Positions 1-9,306 of a stretch of 64,000 nucleotides of DNA are shown here, piece after piece. The notes under the pieces were generated by a model that ran no database searches, was not told the DNA's origin, and saw nothing but the letters and a program-made list of their open reading frames with translations. The stretch is from an uncultured Gammaproteobacteria bacterium (GTDB lineage: Bacteria > Pseudomonadota > Gammaproteobacteria > DRLM01): contig CAVSNY010000003.1 in assembly GCA_963729605.1 (NCBI GenBank), positions 160,001 through 224,000 of the forward strand, in the 5' to 3' direction. Made by a program: the position numbers and the translations under genes. Each line of letters starts with the position of its first letter. Position 1 is the stretch's first letter.

Positions 1-771
1 GCTCCAGTACACCTCGGCCAGCGCCAGTACCGGCGCGAGCAGATCGGAGCGCGGCGCATGGGTATGGCCGGTGAGGTGTTGGCGCAACGCGGCGCGTTGC
101 AGCACGCCCAATAATTTATTGTGGAGGTCCACCACCGGCGCGGCGGTACTGCGGTCCCACAGGGGATGATGGACGATAGACGCCAGCGGCGCCTCGGCCG
201 GCAAGGCCGGGGTGGATTCGTTGATGAGCGCGCTCACCCGCAACTCGTCGCGCCCGGTGAGCAGGCCGTGCAGCGATACCGTGCCGAGGAAATATTGATC
301 TTGATCCACCACCGGCAGGTCGGTCAGCGTATTGGCGGGGAGTTGTTTGAATTCGCGCAGGCCGTAGCGGACGGTCCAGTCATCGCGCAGCGACAACGGC
401 GGCGTGGACAACAGGCTGCCCACCGTGCCGGCCGGAAAGCGGATGACGCGCGCCAGTTGCGCGGTGAGTTTGGCGGGCAGGGCGGCGAACAGCGCGTCAC
501 GCTGCGCGGTGGCGAGCGGGCGGAGCAGGCCGGCGGTCTCGGTGAGTTTGAGTTGGGAAAAAATCGCGGCGGCGTGTTGCGGCTCCAGCAGCGGGATGAT
601 GCGCGCCGCGCGTTCCGGCAGCATGTTTTGCAGCAGGGCCGCGGCGCCGGGCGCGGGCAGGTTCATGAGAAAGGCCGCCACCCCCGCGGCCGGCAGCCGC
701 ATCAGCACCGCCGCGGCGTCGGCCGGGCGCTGCTCGCAGAACAGTTGGCTAAGTGCCGCGTCGCTGTTCAT
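1..771 (-). CDS. MgtE N-terminal/CBS-domain protein (partial, runs off left edge)
   Basis: Hand translation from ATG 771: MNSDAALSQLFCEQRPADAAAVL...FPAGTVGSLLS...LPVVDQDQYFLGTVSL...PVVDLHNKLLGVL, i.e. MgtE_N-like helical region then a CBS pair; no stop in window. Confidence 0.7.
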   Translation of the reverse strand, partial: MNSDAALSQLFCEQRPADAAAVLMRLPAAGVAAFLMNLPAPGAAALLQNMLPERAARIIPLLEPQHAAAIFSQLKLTETAGLLRPLATAQRDALFAALPAKLTAQLARVIRFPAGTVGSLLSTPPLSLRDDWTVRYGLREFKQLPANTLTDLPVVDQDQYFLGTVSLHGLLTGRDELRVSALINESTPALPAEAPLASIVHHPLWDRSTAAPVVDLHNKLLGVLQRAALRQHLTGHTHAPRSDLLAPVLALAEVYWS

Positions 772-1603
772 GCTCGGGCGGTTTTTCCAGACGGGAGGAC
801 GGTTCGCTCAGGAACAGCGCGGTGGGTACGTGACAACGGCCCTGCGCCGTTTCCAGCACCACGCTGACGGTAGTGATTTGTTCGATGCGACCGTGCAACG
901 CGCCGATGGTGATGTTATCGCCGATCTGATACATCTGCCGCGCGTAGTGCGCGGCCAGGATGTTGGCCACGACCTGACGCGAGCCGAGGCCGAAGGCCAG
1001 CGCCATGCCGCCGAAGATCATGCCGAGCGTCACGCCGACGATCACCACCAGGAAGGTGACGTTGATGCCCATTTGATCGATACCGATCACCACCGCCATG
1101 CTGAAGATCAGGATTTGCACCGAGCGGCCCAGCACGTCGGCGTAGGCGAGTTGCGCGGTGCTGGCGGCGGCGCTCACCAGGTCCTTGGCCATCAGGCTGA
1201 ACACGAATCCGGCGAGCAGGATCAGCAGGCCGGCCAGCAGGGCGGGGAGATAGGCCACCACGTTGCTGAGCCAATCGGTGAAGATGCCCAGCCCCAACAC
1301 CTGAGTGGCGGCGGTGAGGAATAACAGGATGATCGCCCAATACACGATGGCGCCCACCGCCTTGATGGAGCGCTCTTCCATCAGGTGGCCCCGCGACGCG
1401 TGGCGGCGCGACATATTATTGAGTGAGCGGCCGAGCAGACGCAGGCCGCGTTCGGCGAGGCTCCGCAGCAATTTGGCCAGCAGCCAGCCGACCAGCACCA
1501 CCGCGACGGCGCCCAGCATATTGGGCAGCAGGCGGATCAGGCCCGCCACCGCCTGGGTTACCGTGTCTTTTACAACCAGCAGCCAGCTGCTCTCGGCTTC
1601 CAT
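749..1603 (-). CDS. MscS-family mechanosensitive channel (TM-helix repeat/CmpX-like)
   Basis: ORF 749..1684, probable start ATG 1603 (MEAESSW); several TM helices, AFGLG motif, YQIGDNI...GRIEQI MscS beta domain. Confidence 0.8.
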   Translation of the reverse strand: MEAESSWLLVVKDTVTQAVAGLIRLLPNMLGAVAVVLVGWLLAKLLRSLAERGLRLLGRSLNNMSRRHASRGHLMEERSIKAVGAIVYWAIILLFLTAATQVLGLGIFTDWLSNVVAYLPALLAGLLILLAGFVFSLMAKDLVSAAASTAQLAYADVLGRSVQILIFSMAVVIGIDQMGINVTFLVVIVGVTLGMIFGGMALAFGLGSRQVVANILAAHYARQMYQIGDNITIGALHGRIEQITTVSVVLETAQGRCHVPTALFLSEPSSRLEKPPEHEQRRGT

Positions 1604-1906
1604 GGCGGCTCCATAATGGCCATCTCGTAAACTTGGGGTAAGGTAGGGCGCGGCGGGGTGGATAGCGGTCGCGGCCGCGCGCATTATTGTGTATCTTACT
1701 CAGAACGTCGTGAGTAAAGCCACCGCTTTACCGCAAGCTTTCCAGAGCGACAGTGAGAATATTTGGATAGGTGGGGTCACCCGGGACGATGGGATTATTT
1801 CCGACTCGGCATTGACCGGCTTGAAAACCCCGTTGCGATTCGAGAAAAACTGCATAGCCGCGTAAGCCAAACCTCGGCCGTTCGATATTGAAAAAACCTC
1901 ACACGT

Positions 1907-2012
1907 CCGCTTTCCCGCGCGCGGGGAAAGGGAGATAAGAGGGGCGCCCTCGCAGAGTGATGACGGTCATCCGGCGCCCTCACCCCGGCCCCTCCCGCCC
2001 GCGGGAAAGGGG
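1907..2012. repeat. Degenerate pair of CCCTCTCCC/GGGAGAGGG-type palindromic (REP-like) repeats
   Basis: ctttcccgcgcgcggggaaagg and ccctcaccccggcccctcccgcccgcgggaaagggg resemble the family at 5.8, 48.9 and 54-55 kb. Confidence 0.55.
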
Positions 2013-2097
2013 CTTGGGAATGGCTGATCGGTCATGCGGTGCGGCATGACCGATGGCCGAACTGGTACTGCAATTCCGCTCGAGAAGGAGGCGCCTT

Positions 2098-2670
2098 ATG
2101 TTCACGCAACGGAGTTATTCGAGGATCATGCTGGGCCTGGGTGTGGTGCTGGCCTTGGCGGCGTGTTCCGGTAAAAATGTGGTGGAAAGCGATCTGCATC
2201 TCAAGGGCGTGCCGGACTGGGTGAACGAAGGCACCCAGATACTCAAGACCGGCGACGGCCGATTATTCCACGGCGTCGGTTCCGCGCCGGCCTTGGGCGA
2301 CATGTCGCTGCAGACCTCCACCGCGGACAACCGCGCCCGCGCCGAACTGGCCCGCGTGTTGTCGTCGTATATGAACGTGGTGTCCAGCGATTACCTCGCC
2401 TCCAGCGGCAAGGGCGACGACCCGGCGGTGGACCAGGCGGTGTCGCAGCAGATCGAGAACATCACCCGCGTCAATCTGAGCGGCGCCAAGATCATCGGCC
2501 GCTGGCGCGATGTGAAAAGCAATATGATTTATTCCCTCGCCGAACTGGATTTCCAACAAGTCAAATCCACGGTGCGCGGTGTGGAGGAAATGAATACCGG
2601 TCTCAACCGCTATGTGGACAGCCATGGCGAGACGATTTTTGACAAGCTGGCGGAGGAACGCAAGAAATGA
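2098..2670 (+). CDS. LPP20-family lipoprotein
   Basis: GGAGG RBS before ATG 2098; lipobox LAAC; PDWV...GVGSA...A.NRAR.ELA pattern. Confidence 0.7.
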   Translation: MFTQRSYSRIMLGLGVVLALAACSGKNVVESDLHLKGVPDWVNEGTQILKTGDGRLFHGVGSAPALGDMSLQTSTADNRARAELARVLSSYMNVVSSDYLASSGKGDDPAVDQAVSQQIENITRVNLSGAKIIGRWRDVKSNMIYSLAELDFQQVKSTVRGVEEMNTGLNRYVDSHGETIFDKLAEERKK

Positions 2671-3269
2671 TCACGTTATTGAAACGGGTAACTTTGTTGC
2701 TGGTGGCGGGCATGGTGTTGACGGCCTGCGCGACCAAGGTGGAGCGCATCGCCCCCGATGAAGTGAGAGATCTCAGCGGGCGCTGGAACGACACCGATTC
2801 GCGGCTGGTGTCGGAAGAGATGATCGACGACGTGTTGTCGCGCGCCTGGCTCGGCGAATTCACCGGCCAACGCAAGCGCGATCCGGCGGTGATCGTCGGC
2901 GAGATCCGCAACCTCAGTCACGAGCACATCAACATGCAGACCTTCGTCAGCGATATGGAACGCAGTTTGATCAATTCCGGCAAGGTGGTGTTCGTCGCCT
3001 CCAGCGAGGAACGCAAGGGCGTCCGCCAGGAGCGCGGCGATCAAGACCTCAACGCCAGCGAAGAGACCCGCAACCCGATGGGCCAGGAGCGCGGCGCCGA
3101 CTTCATGTTGAAAGGCACCATCAGCACCATCCTCGATACCGAAGGGAAGAGGCAAGTCCGCTTCTATCAGGTGGACCTCAATCTGATCAGCCTCGCCGAC
3201 AACCGCAAGGTGTGGGTCGGACAGAAGAAGATCAAGAAATACGTCACCGGCGCGAGCGTAAGGCCGTAA
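2667..3269 (+). CDS. lpoB: Penicillin-binding protein activator LpoB-like lipoprotein
   Basis: Lipobox LTAC; DLSGRWNDTD, IRNLSHEHIN, GADFMLKGTI, FYQVDLNL...KVWVG motifs. Confidence 0.8.
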   Translation: MITLLKRVTLLLVAGMVLTACATKVERIAPDEVRDLSGRWNDTDSRLVSEEMIDDVLSRAWLGEFTGQRKRDPAVIVGEIRNLSHEHINMQTFVSDMERSLINSGKVVFVASSEERKGVRQERGDQDLNASEETRNPMGQERGADFMLKGTISTILDTEGKRQVRFYQVDLNLISLADNRKVWVGQKKIKKYVTGASVRP

Positions 3270-3293
3270 GCTAAGGTGCATTAGGCGGCCGCC

Positions 3294-4646
3294 GTGTTGC
3301 GTGCGTGGTCATGGGCGTTCCGAATGGGCGCCGCCGCGGCTTTGGCCGTGATGCAGGGCTGCGCCACCTACAGCGACGGCATCAGTCGCATGGAAACGCT
3401 GATCGCCGCCGGCCAGCCGGCCGCCGCCCTCAAATCCCTCGACGAACAAGCCTCCTCCCGCCAGGACGAGGTGTTGTATCTGCTCAACAAGGCCGTCCTG
3501 CTCCATCAGGCCGGCGACTATCCGGGCAGCAACGCCGCCTTGGAACAGGCCAAGCCGCTCATGGAAAAATACGCGGTGTTGAGCGTGACGGAACAGGCGG
3601 GCGCCTTGGCGGTGAATGACGCCATGCGCGCCTACGGCGGTGCGAATTACGAACGTATCTACACCCACATCTTCGCCGCGCTCAACTATCTCGCCCTCGG
3701 TCAACTCGGCCAGGCGCGGGTCGAGGCGCTGCAAATGGATGACGCGCTCAGGCAAATTCCCGAGGGGACGCCGGCGCCCGGCGGCTTCGCCCGTTATCTG
3801 TCGGGCTTGATCTTCGAATCCTTGGGCGAGTGGGACGATGCGATGATCGCCTATCGCGACGCCTATGAAGCCTATCGCGCCTATCCCGCTAATGCCGTGC
3901 CGCCGCCCGAGAGTCTGCGCCGCGATTTGCTGCGGGTGGCCGTGCGCCAGAATTTGAGCGACGAAGCGGCGCGTTATCGCGAGGACTTCGGCGTGAAGGA
4001 AAACGAACGCGGCGATGACTTGGACGGCAAAGGCGAGGTGGTGTTGATTTTGGAAAGCGGCCTCGCGCCTTTGAAACGGGATGTCGTCACCGGCGTTTAC
4101 GCGAATGACGGCCGGCTGGTGACGGTGGCCCTGCCTTATTACCAATCGCGCACGCCGACGGTGACCGGCGCCACCTTGTCCGCGAGCGGCGGGCCGACGG
4201 CCCACGGCGAATTGGTGGAGGACGTGCAGCGCATGGCCTTGGCCGAACTGGAGCGCGAGATGCCGGCGATCGTCGCCCGCGCGGTCGGCCGCGCGGTGGT
4301 GAAGAATAAAACCATCAAACAAACCGAGCGGCAAGGCAACGACGCCCTCGGTCTGCTGGTGAACGTGGCGGGACTGCTCACCGAACGCGCCGACACCCGC
4401 AGCTGGTCCACCTTGCCCAGCCGCTTCTATGTCGCGCGCCTGCCGCTGACGCCCGGCCGGTATCAGCTCACCTTGCAAGTGCGCGATGCCGCCGGTGTGA
4501 CGGTCGGGACGCGGGAGTACAATGACATCGTCATCGACGTGGGGACCAAGCGCTTCATCGTCGAACATTGGGTGGTGCCGGCGGATCTGCTGCCGCGCCC
4601 GCTCACTCATCGGCCCGCGGCCGCCGATCCGCCGCGCCGCAATTAA
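3294..4646 (+). CDS. COG3014-type TPR lipoprotein
   Basis: Lipobox MQGC; TPR-like helices, Y.G..YE and ADTRSWSTLP motifs; start may be ATG 3324. Confidence 0.75.
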   Translation: MLRAWSWAFRMGAAAALAVMQGCATYSDGISRMETLIAAGQPAAALKSLDEQASSRQDEVLYLLNKAVLLHQAGDYPGSNAALEQAKPLMEKYAVLSVTEQAGALAVNDAMRAYGGANYERIYTHIFAALNYLALGQLGQARVEALQMDDALRQIPEGTPAPGGFARYLSGLIFESLGEWDDAMIAYRDAYEAYRAYPANAVPPPESLRRDLLRVAVRQNLSDEAARYREDFGVKENERGDDLDGKGEVVLILESGLAPLKRDVVTGVYANDGRLVTVALPYYQSRTPTVTGATLSASGGPTAHGELVEDVQRMALAELEREMPAIVARAVGRAVVKNKTIKQTERQGNDALGLLVNVAGLLTERADTRSWSTLPSRFYVARLPLTPGRYQLTLQVRDAAGVTVGTREYNDIVIDVGTKRFIVEHWVVPADLLPRPLTHRPAAADPPRRN

Positions 4647-4658
4647 GGGGACGTCATC

Positions 4659-5678
4659 ATGCGCCTTTGCCGTATTCCTCTCTGGTTTTTGTTGGGTTTG
4701 GGTCTGCTGGCGTGCAGCGCGGGGGTGAAGGACGCCGGCAAGCGGACGCCGGATTGGATCGCCGGCGAAAGCGCGCGTTTTTCCTCCAATCAGTATTTAT
4801 TGGGACGCGGCTCCGACGCGAGGTTGGATAACGCCAAAGACCGCGCCCGCGCCGATCTCGCCAAGACGTTTCAAGTGGCGGTGAGCGAGGAGAGCAGCGA
4901 CGTGCAGCGATTTCAGCGCAAGACGGAAGATCAACGCAGCGAAGAACTGCAATCGCTCGACATCTCGCGCGCGGTGCGGACTCGCAGCGAGGCCTTGATC
5001 AGCGGCATCGAAATCGCCGATATCTGGCGCGACCCGCTCAGCCGGGACTATTACGCCCTGGCGGTCTTGCCGCGCGCCCAATCGGCGCGCGGCCTGCGCC
5101 AGGACATTCAAGCGCTGGACGAGGCCACGCGCGGCCATATCGCGCGGGCCCGCGAGCAGGGCGATCCCTTGGACAAGGCGGGCGCATCGGCCAAGGCGGT
5201 GGCCGCGCAGCGGGAGCGTGCCGAATATCAACGCATGTTGCGGGTGGTCGATAGCAGCGGACAGGGCATCCCCGCGCCGTGGAATCTCGCCGAGTTGGAG
5301 GCCGATCTCGCCACCTTGCTGCAGCGGGTGACCGTCGCGCCGCGCGCCGGCGGTCGCGATAGTGAAAATTTGCTGCCTGCCTTGCGCGCCGCGCTGGCCG
5401 ACAGCGGTTTCCGCGCGGCCGACGATGCCGCGGATTATGTGCTAGAAGCCGCGCTGAACTTGCATGCACTCGGCCAGCGCGAAGGCTGGTATTGGTATGC
5501 CGGCAGTTTGGAACTGGTGTTGCGTGATAACGCGGGACGCGTGCGCGCCTCCCAGCGCTGGAATATCAAAGAATCCGCCAAACTGGATACGCTGGCGCGT
5601 CAGCGCGCCGCTGACAAGGCGGCGGAGATTCTAAAGCGGGAATTACGCGCGAGCTTATTGGGCTTTGCCGGCGGCTGA
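4659..5678 (+). CDS. LPP20-family lipoprotein with C-terminal extension
   Basis: Lipobox LLAC; PDWI...YLLGRG...AKDRARADLAK. Confidence 0.7.
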   Translation: MRLCRIPLWFLLGLGLLACSAGVKDAGKRTPDWIAGESARFSSNQYLLGRGSDARLDNAKDRARADLAKTFQVAVSEESSDVQRFQRKTEDQRSEELQSLDISRAVRTRSEALISGIEIADIWRDPLSRDYYALAVLPRAQSARGLRQDIQALDEATRGHIARAREQGDPLDKAGASAKAVAAQRERAEYQRMLRVVDSSGQGIPAPWNLAELEADLATLLQRVTVAPRAGGRDSENLLPALRAALADSGFRAADDAADYVLEAALNLHALGQREGWYWYAGSLELVLRDNAGRVRASQRWNIKESAKLDTLARQRAADKAAEILKRELRASLLGFAGG

Positions 5679-5768
5679 GCGGCGCGGGTCGTTACGGCTT
5701 GGGTCCGGGGCAGTGTTGAATACCAGGCATCTCAAAATCGATTTTGACGATGGAATACGTTCGACGGA

Positions 5769-6050
5769 CCGTTAACGGCGGCTTGCAAACCCTGTTGCGA
5801 TCCCCTCTCCCCCAACCCCTCTCCCGCGAGGGGAGAGGGGTAAGATGGCTCTGCATGATCGTTACCAAGGTTCGCTCTCCGGGCCGTTAACGCCGGCTTG
5901 AAAAGCCTGTTGCGATTTTGCGAAGGTGATCGGAGCATATCCCCCTCTCTCCCACCCATCTCCCACGAGGGGAGAGGGGATAAAGATGGCTCTGCATGGG
6001 CGTTACCAAGGTTCGCTTTCCCCTCGCGGGAGAGGGACAGGGAGAGGGAG
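5769..6050. repeat. Imperfect tandem duplication containing three REP-like hairpins
   Basis: ccgttaacg..cctgttgcgat at 5769 and 5884; aagatggctctgcatg..gttaccaaggttcgct at 5842 and 5983; hairpins cccctctcccgcgaggggagagggg. Confidence 0.75.
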
Positions 6051-6058
6051 AAAGCTTA

Positions 6059-6604
6059 ATGATGAAAAATAGTCGAGAGCGGTATGGATCGATAACGAAG
6101 GTGTTGCACTGGCTAGTCGCGGTTTTGATCATCGTCATGATTCCGCTGGGCTGGTACATGTCCGGTTTGGATAACGAAGACCCCTGGTATTACCGCTCCC
6201 TGGATTTGCATGTGACGTTGGGAATGCTGGTGTTGGTATTGTTCCTGTTCAAGATCGTCTGGCTGTCGATCAGCCCCAATCCCCGGCTCTCGCCGCAATT
6301 GGCCGCTTGGGAATACCGCGCCGCGCGGTTGTTCCATGCCTTGCTCATCGCCGCGCTGGCTGTGGTGCCGGTACTGGGTTATCTGTCGTTTACCTCGCAG
6401 GGCGACCCGGTCTCCATCTACGAGTGGTTCGAGATTCCAAGTTTGATGGAGTTTTCGAAAGAAAGCGCCAAGCGGCTGGCGTCACTGCATATGTATTTCG
6501 CCTATGCCACCGCGGCCGTCGCGGCCATCCACATCTTGGCCGCGCTCAAACATCACTGCTTGGACAAGGACGATGTCTTGCAGCGGATGGGCTTTCGCCG
6601 CTGA
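6059..6604 (+). CDS. Cytochrome b561 (CybB/YceJ family)
   Basis: RYGSITKVLHWL, LHVTLG, FHALL, LHMYFAY...HILAALKHH...D.VL.RM heme-ligating His pattern. Confidence 0.9.
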   Translation: MMKNSRERYGSITKVLHWLVAVLIIVMIPLGWYMSGLDNEDPWYYRSLDLHVTLGMLVLVLFLFKIVWLSISPNPRLSPQLAAWEYRAARLFHALLIAALAVVPVLGYLSFTSQGDPVSIYEWFEIPSLMEFSKESAKRLASLHMYFAYATAAVAAIHILAALKHHCLDKDDVLQRMGFRR

Positions 6605-6657
6605 ACCGGCAACGGAGCGCAATTCTTCGCCGTACTCACCGCTGCAATAGACCCGCC

Positions 6658-7170
6658 TTAAATTTCCTTGCGGTGTTCATGATGAGATGACGCGTCGCTG
6701 TTTTTGAAATTCGCGAAACGTTCCATGGAAGGCAGGGCCACGCCGCTAAACCAGTATTCACTGATCAGGCGCACCACGTGGAGAAATTTATCGAAATCCA
6801 CCGGTTTGATGATGTACGAATTGCAACGATGCCGATACATGGTCAGGATTTCCTGGTCTTCCGCCGAAGTCGTCAAAATCACGACCGGCAAATGAGCCAA
6901 CTTTGGATCGGCGACCAGTTCGGCGAGCACCTCCCGCCCATCCATGCGCGGCATGTTCAAATCGAGCAAGATCAGATCGGGGGTCGGCGCGTCGGCATAT
7001 TGGCCTTCCTTGCGTAAAAAGGCCATGCATTCAACCCCGTCTTTGGCGTGATGGAGATTGGCCCCCAGTTTGGTCCTTTTGAAACCCAGGCGGGTGAGTT
7101 CCACATCGTTTTCGTTGTCTTCGACCAGGAGGATTTCCGCGGATCTGCTGAGGGTGGGTCCATTGGTCAT
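6658..7170 (-). CDS. Single-domain response regulator (Rcp1-like)
   Basis: ILLVEDN, PDLILLDLNMP, VVILTTS, YIIKP motifs. Confidence 0.9.
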   Translation of the reverse strand: MTNGPTLSRSAEILLVEDNENDVELTRLGFKRTKLGANLHHAKDGVECMAFLRKEGQYADAPTPDLILLDLNMPRMDGREVLAELVADPKLAHLPVVILTTSAEDQEILTMYRHRCNSYIIKPVDFDKFLHVVRLISEYWFSGVALPSMERFANFKNSDASSHHEHRKEI

Positions 7171-8741
7171 GAGTCGTACCCCGTTTTTTCAGGAATCGTA
7201 AAGTAGAATCGACTGCCGCGGCCGGGTGTGGATTCCACCCAAATTTTTCCGCCATGGCGATGGACGACGCGGCGACAGACCGCCAGGCCGATCCCGGTTC
7301 CCGGGTATTCCTGCTGATTGTGCAAACGGCGGAATATCTCAAAAATTTTTTCGTAGTATTGCGCCTCGATGCCGATGCCGTTGTCACTCACGCAAAATAC
7401 CCACTCGTCGTTTTGCTGCTCGGCGCTGACATGGATTCGAGGCGGCTCTTCGCCGTGATATTTGAGGGCGTTGCCGATCAGATTATGCAGTAACTGTACT
7501 AACTGCGAACGGTCGCCGATCACCACCGGCAATTTGTCGCAAGTGACCTTGGCGCCTGCTTCGGTAATGGCCGCATCGAGCAGTGAAACGGCATCGTTGA
7601 AAATGTCATGAAACCGCAGTCGGGCCAAAGGTCGGGCCTGCGATTCGATACGGGAATAGGCCAGCAAATCCTGTATCAGGGTGTGCATGAGCTGGATCGA
7701 TTGAACCGTGCGCGAGATCCAGTCGTCGGCCTGGGGATCCAAGCGCCCGCCGTATTCGGCGCGCAGCAATTGCACGAAGCCGCTGATGCTGCGCAGCGGC
7801 GATTGCAAATCATGGGAAGCGATGTAGGCGAATTGTTGCAATTCGATGTTGCTGCGTTCCAGGGCCTCGTTGGAACGCCGAAGTTTTTCGGCTTGCGCGG
7901 TGAGCTCCACCGTACGTTGCTGTACCCGTTGTTCGAGCATTTCGTTAGTTTGCCGCAAGGCGGTTTCCAGCCGCTTGCGCTCGGTGATATCGACGATGAC
8001 GCTGAGGACGAACAGGCCCTCCTCGGTTTCGATGGGATTGAGGCCGATTTCCACGGGGAATTCGCTGCCGTCCTTTCGCATGCCGAACAAGTCGCGCCCT
8101 ATGCCCATGCGGCGGGCCTCGGGCGCGGCGAAGAACCGCGCGCGCATGTCGGGGTGTTTGGCGCGGAAACGTTCAGGAATGAGTTCTTCCACGTGGCGGC
8201 CCAATAACTCCGAACGCGAATAACCGAATAATTTTTCGGTTTCGACGTTGACGATCACAATGGCCCCCGCGGCGTCGATCATCACCATGGCGGTGGGCGC
8301 GGATTCGACGGTGGCGCGAAAACGGTTTTCCAGCCGTTTGCGTTCGGTGATATCGACGATGGCGCTGACGACGAACAAGCCTTGGTCGGTTTCGATGGGG
8401 TTGAGACCGATTTCCACCGGAAATTTACTGCCGTCCTTGCGCAGGCCGAACAAGTCGCGGCCCGCGCCCATTCGCCGCGGACTGGGTTGCCTGAAGAAGG
8501 AGGAACGCAGTTCCGGATGGGCGGCTTGAAATTCCTGAGGTATCAGTAATTCCACCGGACGGCCCAATAATTCATCGCGCCGATAGGTGAAAAGGATCTC
8601 CGCCTCTCTGTTCATCAACACGATTCGGCCTTGGTTGTCGATCATCACGATCGCCATCGGCGCCGATTCGATGATGGCGGTCAGCCGCGCGATGGTGCCC
8701 GCGGCATTCGGCAAATCGCCATTGAATATGGTATGTGGCAT
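7167..8741 (-). CDS. Cytoplasmic PAS-PAS histidine kinase
   Basis: Two PAS/PAC domains, H-box ASHDLQSPL, N-box NLIGNALKY, DNGIG, GTGIGL; ATGA overlap with the response regulator. Confidence 0.9.
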   Translation of the reverse strand: MPHTIFNGDLPNAAGTIARLTAIIESAPMAIVMIDNQGRIVLMNREAEILFTYRRDELLGRPVELLIPQEFQAAHPELRSSFFRQPSPRRMGAGRDLFGLRKDGSKFPVEIGLNPIETDQGLFVVSAIVDITERKRLENRFRATVESAPTAMVMIDAAGAIVIVNVETEKLFGYSRSELLGRHVEELIPERFRAKHPDMRARFFAAPEARRMGIGRDLFGMRKDGSEFPVEIGLNPIETEEGLFVLSVIVDITERKRLETALRQTNEMLEQRVQQRTVELTAQAEKLRRSNEALERSNIELQQFAYIASHDLQSPLRSISGFVQLLRAEYGGRLDPQADDWISRTVQSIQLMHTLIQDLLAYSRIESQARPLARLRFHDIFNDAVSLLDAAITEAGAKVTCDKLPVVIGDRSQLVQLLHNLIGNALKYHGEEPPRIHVSAEQQNDEWVFCVSDNGIGIEAQYYEKIFEIFRRLHNQQEYPGTGIGLAVCRRVVHRHGGKIWVESTPGRGSRFYFTIPEKTGYDS

Positions 8742-9306
8742 AAAGTTGCGCCGCCGCCAAGTTAAAAAACAAACTAAACCGACGCCTGCTTGGAAGCAGG
8801 TATCTTCCCTTGATTATCTTAAGCGGCGTTTTTCCCGATCGCCGTCGTTAAAATTTAAATTGCCAACGCGGACAATGATGAATGAGAGCCCTGGCGTTTA
8901 AAATAGGACATATACTGATATTTAGCCAGTGTGCCTTGCTTGGGAATGTGCCGCCGCCAGGGTGGCTACCATATGATTGGTAATGAAATTTCGAGGACGG
9001 TTTTGGGGCGGCGCGATATTCGGTTTGGCGTAGTCGTCTTTAACGATGAAGAAGTATTCACGGTATGCATTTTGGCATTATCGGACGCGGCGTTTTAATT
9101 GAAGCGATGAACGTAGCGAAGCTTATAAGCTTAAATTCTCCGTGGCTTGTCGCGGGGACCGCGATGGGAATTTTCAAGGAGGGGAGCGTAGCGAGGGAGG
9201 ACGCGATTCTCGTCTTGAGCAAGGAGGGGATTGATGCCCGTGCGTAGTCAGACCAATTTACTAGACCGCACTCGATTTAAAGCGGGATGGCGTGACGCGC
9301 AGGAGA

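Noticed and set aside
8742-9300. AT-rich intergenic region with a 60-aa ORF
   Set aside because: No recognisable RNA structure or protein motif; probably the kinase promoter region
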